Assembly (NCBI RefSeq): GCF_011745625.1
Contig: NW_027191491.1
Location: 62,001 to 126,000, forward strand
Length of the DNA stretch: 64,000 nucleotides
Source of the DNA: Cladosporium halotolerans
Taxonomy: Eukaryota
Direction of reading: 5' to 3'
In this document: positions 60,418 to 64,000 of the stretch, in pieces
How the letters are laid out: every line of letters begins with the position of its first letter
How positions within the stretch are numbered: the stretch's first letter is position 1
The notes under the pieces: generated by a model
What the model was told of the DNA's origin: nothing
Seen by the model: only the letters and a program-made list of their open reading frames with translations
Database searches by the model: none
Position numbers and translations under genes: made by a program

Positions 60418-61836
60418 CTATGCCCCCGTCTCCATGGCTTCGCCGTCCACATGCCCGTTCCCATTCGCCTCCTCGACTTCCACCCCGGGCAGATGCGCGC
60501 TGCTCTGGCACCCGGGGCAATTGTGCACGACCTCGTGGCAAAACACATCGCAGTCGATGCAGAAGTGGTTCTGGCACGTCTCGCACTCGTACCGGCTCGA
60601 CTCGCTGGCGCCCTCGGCGCGCTTCGGCAAACTGCCGTCCGCGCCCTCGTGCGCCGGCGGGAACGGCGCCAGGCAGCCGAAGCACTGCGTCGAGTTCTGC
60701 TCGCGCGCGCGCTGCCACGATACTTCGACCCAGTTGCGGAGCGGGAAGAGGTGGTGGTAGGAGCGGGCGAGGTGCGTGGAGAGGATGAGGGTGAGGTCGC
60801 GGGTCGGGCAGGTCGCGGGCAGGTTGCAGACTTTGGCGCGGCAGCGCGAGCACAGGTAGCCGCCGCGCGTGAGCTGGCCGTGGCAGGCGCAGAGCGTGGC
60901 TTTGTCTTCTGTCACGCGCGAGGGGAAGCCCATCATTAGCAGGGCGGCTTGGTTGCGCTTTTGCATTTCTGTGTCTGTCGCGCGCATGACGGGTGGCGTG
61001 GTGATGCCCATGAGGAGCTCGCGGTAGTGCACTTCGTCGACGGCGACGTTGTAGCAGCTTTCGTCGCCGGCGTTTGTCTTGCGGCAGATTTCGGCGCAGA
61101 TGTGCATTTGGGCTGCGAGGCCGATGATGCTGACGCGCACGCGGTCTTTGATGCAGGCTTTGATGGTGTCGTGGATGTCTCCAGGGTCGCTGGTGAGGAG
61201 GGCGCCGAGGATGATGACGACCTCGCGTGTGCCGTGGGATGGGGTGTGGTAGAGGGCTGCTCGAGCCATTTCGAGAGCGTTCTGGAGGGATGGGTTGCCT
61301 TTGGGCTCTAGGCTGCGCAGGTTCCTGACAGCTGTAATATGATCGTTTGGATTGCCGCTCATGTCGCTGACGCGTGTGGCGATTCCCTCGCGCATTCCTA
61401 GGATGCCGAGCTGAGATATGGGATTTTGCTCGAAGTATTCTCTGATGAAGTTGACGGCATTGGTTATGGTTAGGAGGTAGCGTGTGGGACGCAAGTCCTT
61501 TTCGTTCATGGCGATGGATAGATCAAGGACGAGAAGGGTGTGTCGAATGATGCCGCGCTGTAAAGGTGTGGTATCTTTCAGCAGCCTGTTACAGATTATA
61601 TTAGCACCGACACGGGAAACAAGAAGCAGCCGCAGTTCTCACCTTCTTCGCTTGTTGGCTTCCTCGATTCCTCCTAGCACGCCTTCGATATTACCGTCTG
61701 CCGCATCCCCCAAATCGTGCGTCTTAGTGGCGAGGTTTTCCCATCTCGCGTGGGCGCGCTTTGGCTTTGAAGCAGCAGCTCTGCCTTTGCCGGTGACGAT
61801 CTCGTCGTCTGAGTACTCGTTCTCGGAATCAGCCAT
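60418..61836 (-). CDS. SSL1: TFIIH p44 subunit (intron 61586-61642)
   Basis: RLLKDTTPLQRGIIRH, EKDLRPTR, EQNPISQLG, LTSDPGDI vWA domain; STHLARSYHHLFPL and C-terminal RING-like Cys cluster. Confidence 0.95.
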
Positions 61837-62376
61837 GTTGACGATGCTACTCGCTCAATGGCGGCCTTCGTTTGATTTGATTTGACAAGCCGTGAGGGCG
61901 TTTTTATGGTGGAGGCTAGATCTGATTGTCCTTGTTCGATGGTTCTGGAGGGTACAGCATATGCTGCCCTACTGAGTCGCACTTTCAGCCCATGGCAGAA
62001 GTGTCGGCACGCGCATGTTGAGATGAGGTTGACTTTAGCATCGAGAAGCGCGGCGACAGGTATAGATGTCACGTGCGCAGCTTGGCGGTCGGGGGCTTGC
62101 GACGCGGTCGAGAGTCCGGGGTGAGAGGGTCAAAGAACACTCCACCGTCTTAGGCTGGCGAGGCACCAGCACAAACATCCACTCCCGCTATCCCTATTCC
62201 GCCCTTTACTGTCCAGTACCACCCCGCGCAAGACCGCTTGCTCAAAACTTGTCCACCGATCCGCATCCGCAGCTCCAGGATACTGCGCCCGCTCTGCGAA
62301 CAGCTAATCTGTCCGCCGTTGCGTAACCCCTCCACCGCTCTGCCACGAACCCCCTCCCCAACACAACACCGCGACC

Positions 62377-63176
62377 ATGGCCAACGACGAATACGATGTA
62401 TGCACGCATATCCTCCCGCACTCTTGCGCTATTCATCGCTGCTGTCTTGCAGCACATTTATGACGCAGCACTAACAGCTGTCCCTAGTTCCTCTTCAAGG
62501 TGGTCCTGATTGGAGACTCCGGCGTTGGTAAATCCAACCTGCTCTCGCGCTTCACCCGTAACGAGTTCAACCTCGACAGCAAGTCCACGATCGGCGTCGA
62601 GTTCGCCACTCGCAGCATCCAGGTCGACAACAAGACGATCAAGGCTCAGATTTGGGATACCGCGGGCCAGGAGCGCTATCGCGCCATCACCAGCGCCTAC
62701 TACCGCGGCGCAGTCGGCGCCCTCCTCGTTTACGATATCTCCAAGCACCAGACCTATGAGAACGTCACCCGCTGGTTGAAAGAGCTTCGCGACCATGCCG
62801 ACACGAACATCGTCATCATGCTGGTGGGAAACAAGAGCGATTTGAGGCACCTTCGCGCCGTGCCCACAGAGGAGGCCAAGGAGTTCGCTAGCCAGAACGG
62901 ACTCAGCTTCATTGAGACTTCGGCCTTGGACGCAAGCAATGTCGAGCTGGCATTCCAGAACGAACTTACTGGTAAGTGGGACATTGATGGATAAGAGCTC
63001 GCTGGAAGAGCTTCGAAGAGCAGCGCACTGACAACGCAACAGAGATCTACCGCATCGTTTCCTCGAAGGCCCTCGATCAGGGCGAAGCGAGCAGCGCTCC
63101 CGGCCCCGGCACATCAGTTCCCCTCGGCCCGAGCAACCCGCCTGGCGATGCAAGCAAGAAGGGCCAGTGCTGCTGA
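62377..63176 (+). CDS. YPT31: Rab11-family GTPase (introns 62398-62487, 62972-63042)
   Basis: [46 protein letters not shown]...WDTAGQERY...C-terminal CC. Confidence 0.97.
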
Positions 63177-63648
63177 ACCCACAACTTCAGGGAGACGTTC
63201 TTCACAGCATATGAAACCAATGCGAACGCGGGAGTTAGAGGAGCTGTTTGCGCAGGCGAGCCGGGCGTACAGGCATTGCTGCCCCGATTTCACGAAGTAA
63301 TGCCAAAACAGTCCGGGCTTAGCCGACGGGGATCGAGTGATTACACAGGGTTGCCGCGACGGCGTCTGGCGTTGTGCCGTGGTAGACGGCGGCATGTCTG
63401 CGGAACTGCGGTAATCTCTTGACTATTGAACTTTTTTACTACTTTACGATAGCATGCTGCGAATGTCATTGATCACGTCGAGAAGATGGTGTTTTAGTGT
63501 TCAAAATACTTGATCTCGGTCTGTTCAAATGCTCTCTCGAATCATTCATCTGCCTTGCGTAGCATACCGACGCAGCTCTATCAGCTGGTAGCTTTCTCGC
63601 GCTCGTTGGCGCCTCTGATGATCTTGAGTCACGGCCAACAGCATATCT

Positions 63649-64000
63649 TCAAGGACCAGAGTATCGCTGCTTAATCCTTGCGAGTTTGCCTTCAATTCGA
63701 TTGACACTAGGCATCACGCCCGCGAGAAACTCGCCAATGTCCTGGCGAGCCTTCTTCTCCTGGAGCGACTCAGTTCCACGTTTCCACACGACTTCGAATT
63801 GGCGAGTGATTTCGCAAAGCATCCGGTCCACCTCATCACGAAGAAAAAAAGCGTGTCTCTCAGCGGTTGCTTCAAGAGCCTCGGAAAGCTTCTCCGTCGC
63901 TTGCCCAAGTGGATCGTTGGTTGTGAGGTGTTTGAGTAGATTAGCTGCAAGGCGTTTGCAGACACCTTTGCCTCTGTCCTGCTTGCTAACATCATAGCAT
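63649..64000 (-). CDS. C-terminal end of a gene entering from the right; resembles the C-terminal helical domain of the dynamin-like GTPase family
   Basis: Open frame from the window edge: CYDVSKQDRGKGVCKRLAANLLKHLTTNDPL...FLRDEVDRMLCEITRQFE...RIEGKLARIKQRYSGP*. Confidence 0.55.
   Translation of the reverse strand, partial: CYDVSKQDRGKGVCKRLAANLLKHLTTNDPLGQATEKLSEALEATAERHAFFLRDEVDRMLCEITRQFEVVWKRGTESLQEKKARQDIGEFLAGVMPSVNRIEGKLARIKQRYSGP

Noticed and set aside
1..64000. tRNA, rRNA, CRISPR arrays, transposases, LTRs, RIP-degraded repeats, secondary-metabolite backbone genes
   Set aside because: None recognisable; GTTCGA hits lack cloverleaf context and there are no long AT-rich blocks.

Overview
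Gene-dense, GC-rich genomic DNA from a filamentous ascomycete. Short GT-AG introns with CTRAC/CTAAT branch sites, Zn2Cys6 factors and the protein styles suggest Dothideomycetes/Mycosphaerellales (inference). I can build about 30 protein-coding genes. Most are conserved housekeeping genes: ABZ1 (partial), MED6, MTQ1, HEM13, PCF11, SAE2/CtIP, GIS2/CNBP, SF3B2/CUS1, RPC2, a Puf4/5-type Pumilio, SSL1 and YPT31/Rab11. A more accessory-looking block lies at about 30-40 kb: an ASST-domain secreted protein, a dynamin-like GTPase, and small orphan genes. I found no tRNA, rRNA, CRISPR array or intact transposon. The most striking observation is a nested spliceosomal twin intron ([D1,2] stwintron) that is needed to build the reading frame of a small secreted I9-type protease-inhibitor gene (16712-17370). 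Other notable features: strongly structured introns in three RNA-metabolism genes, two GC-AG introns in accessory genes, an intronless bacterial-type HAD-IIB gene (HGT candidate), a flavocytochrome b2 ending in SKL, and a possible second dynamin-like paralog at the right edge. All gene models were built by eye and have no RNA evidence.
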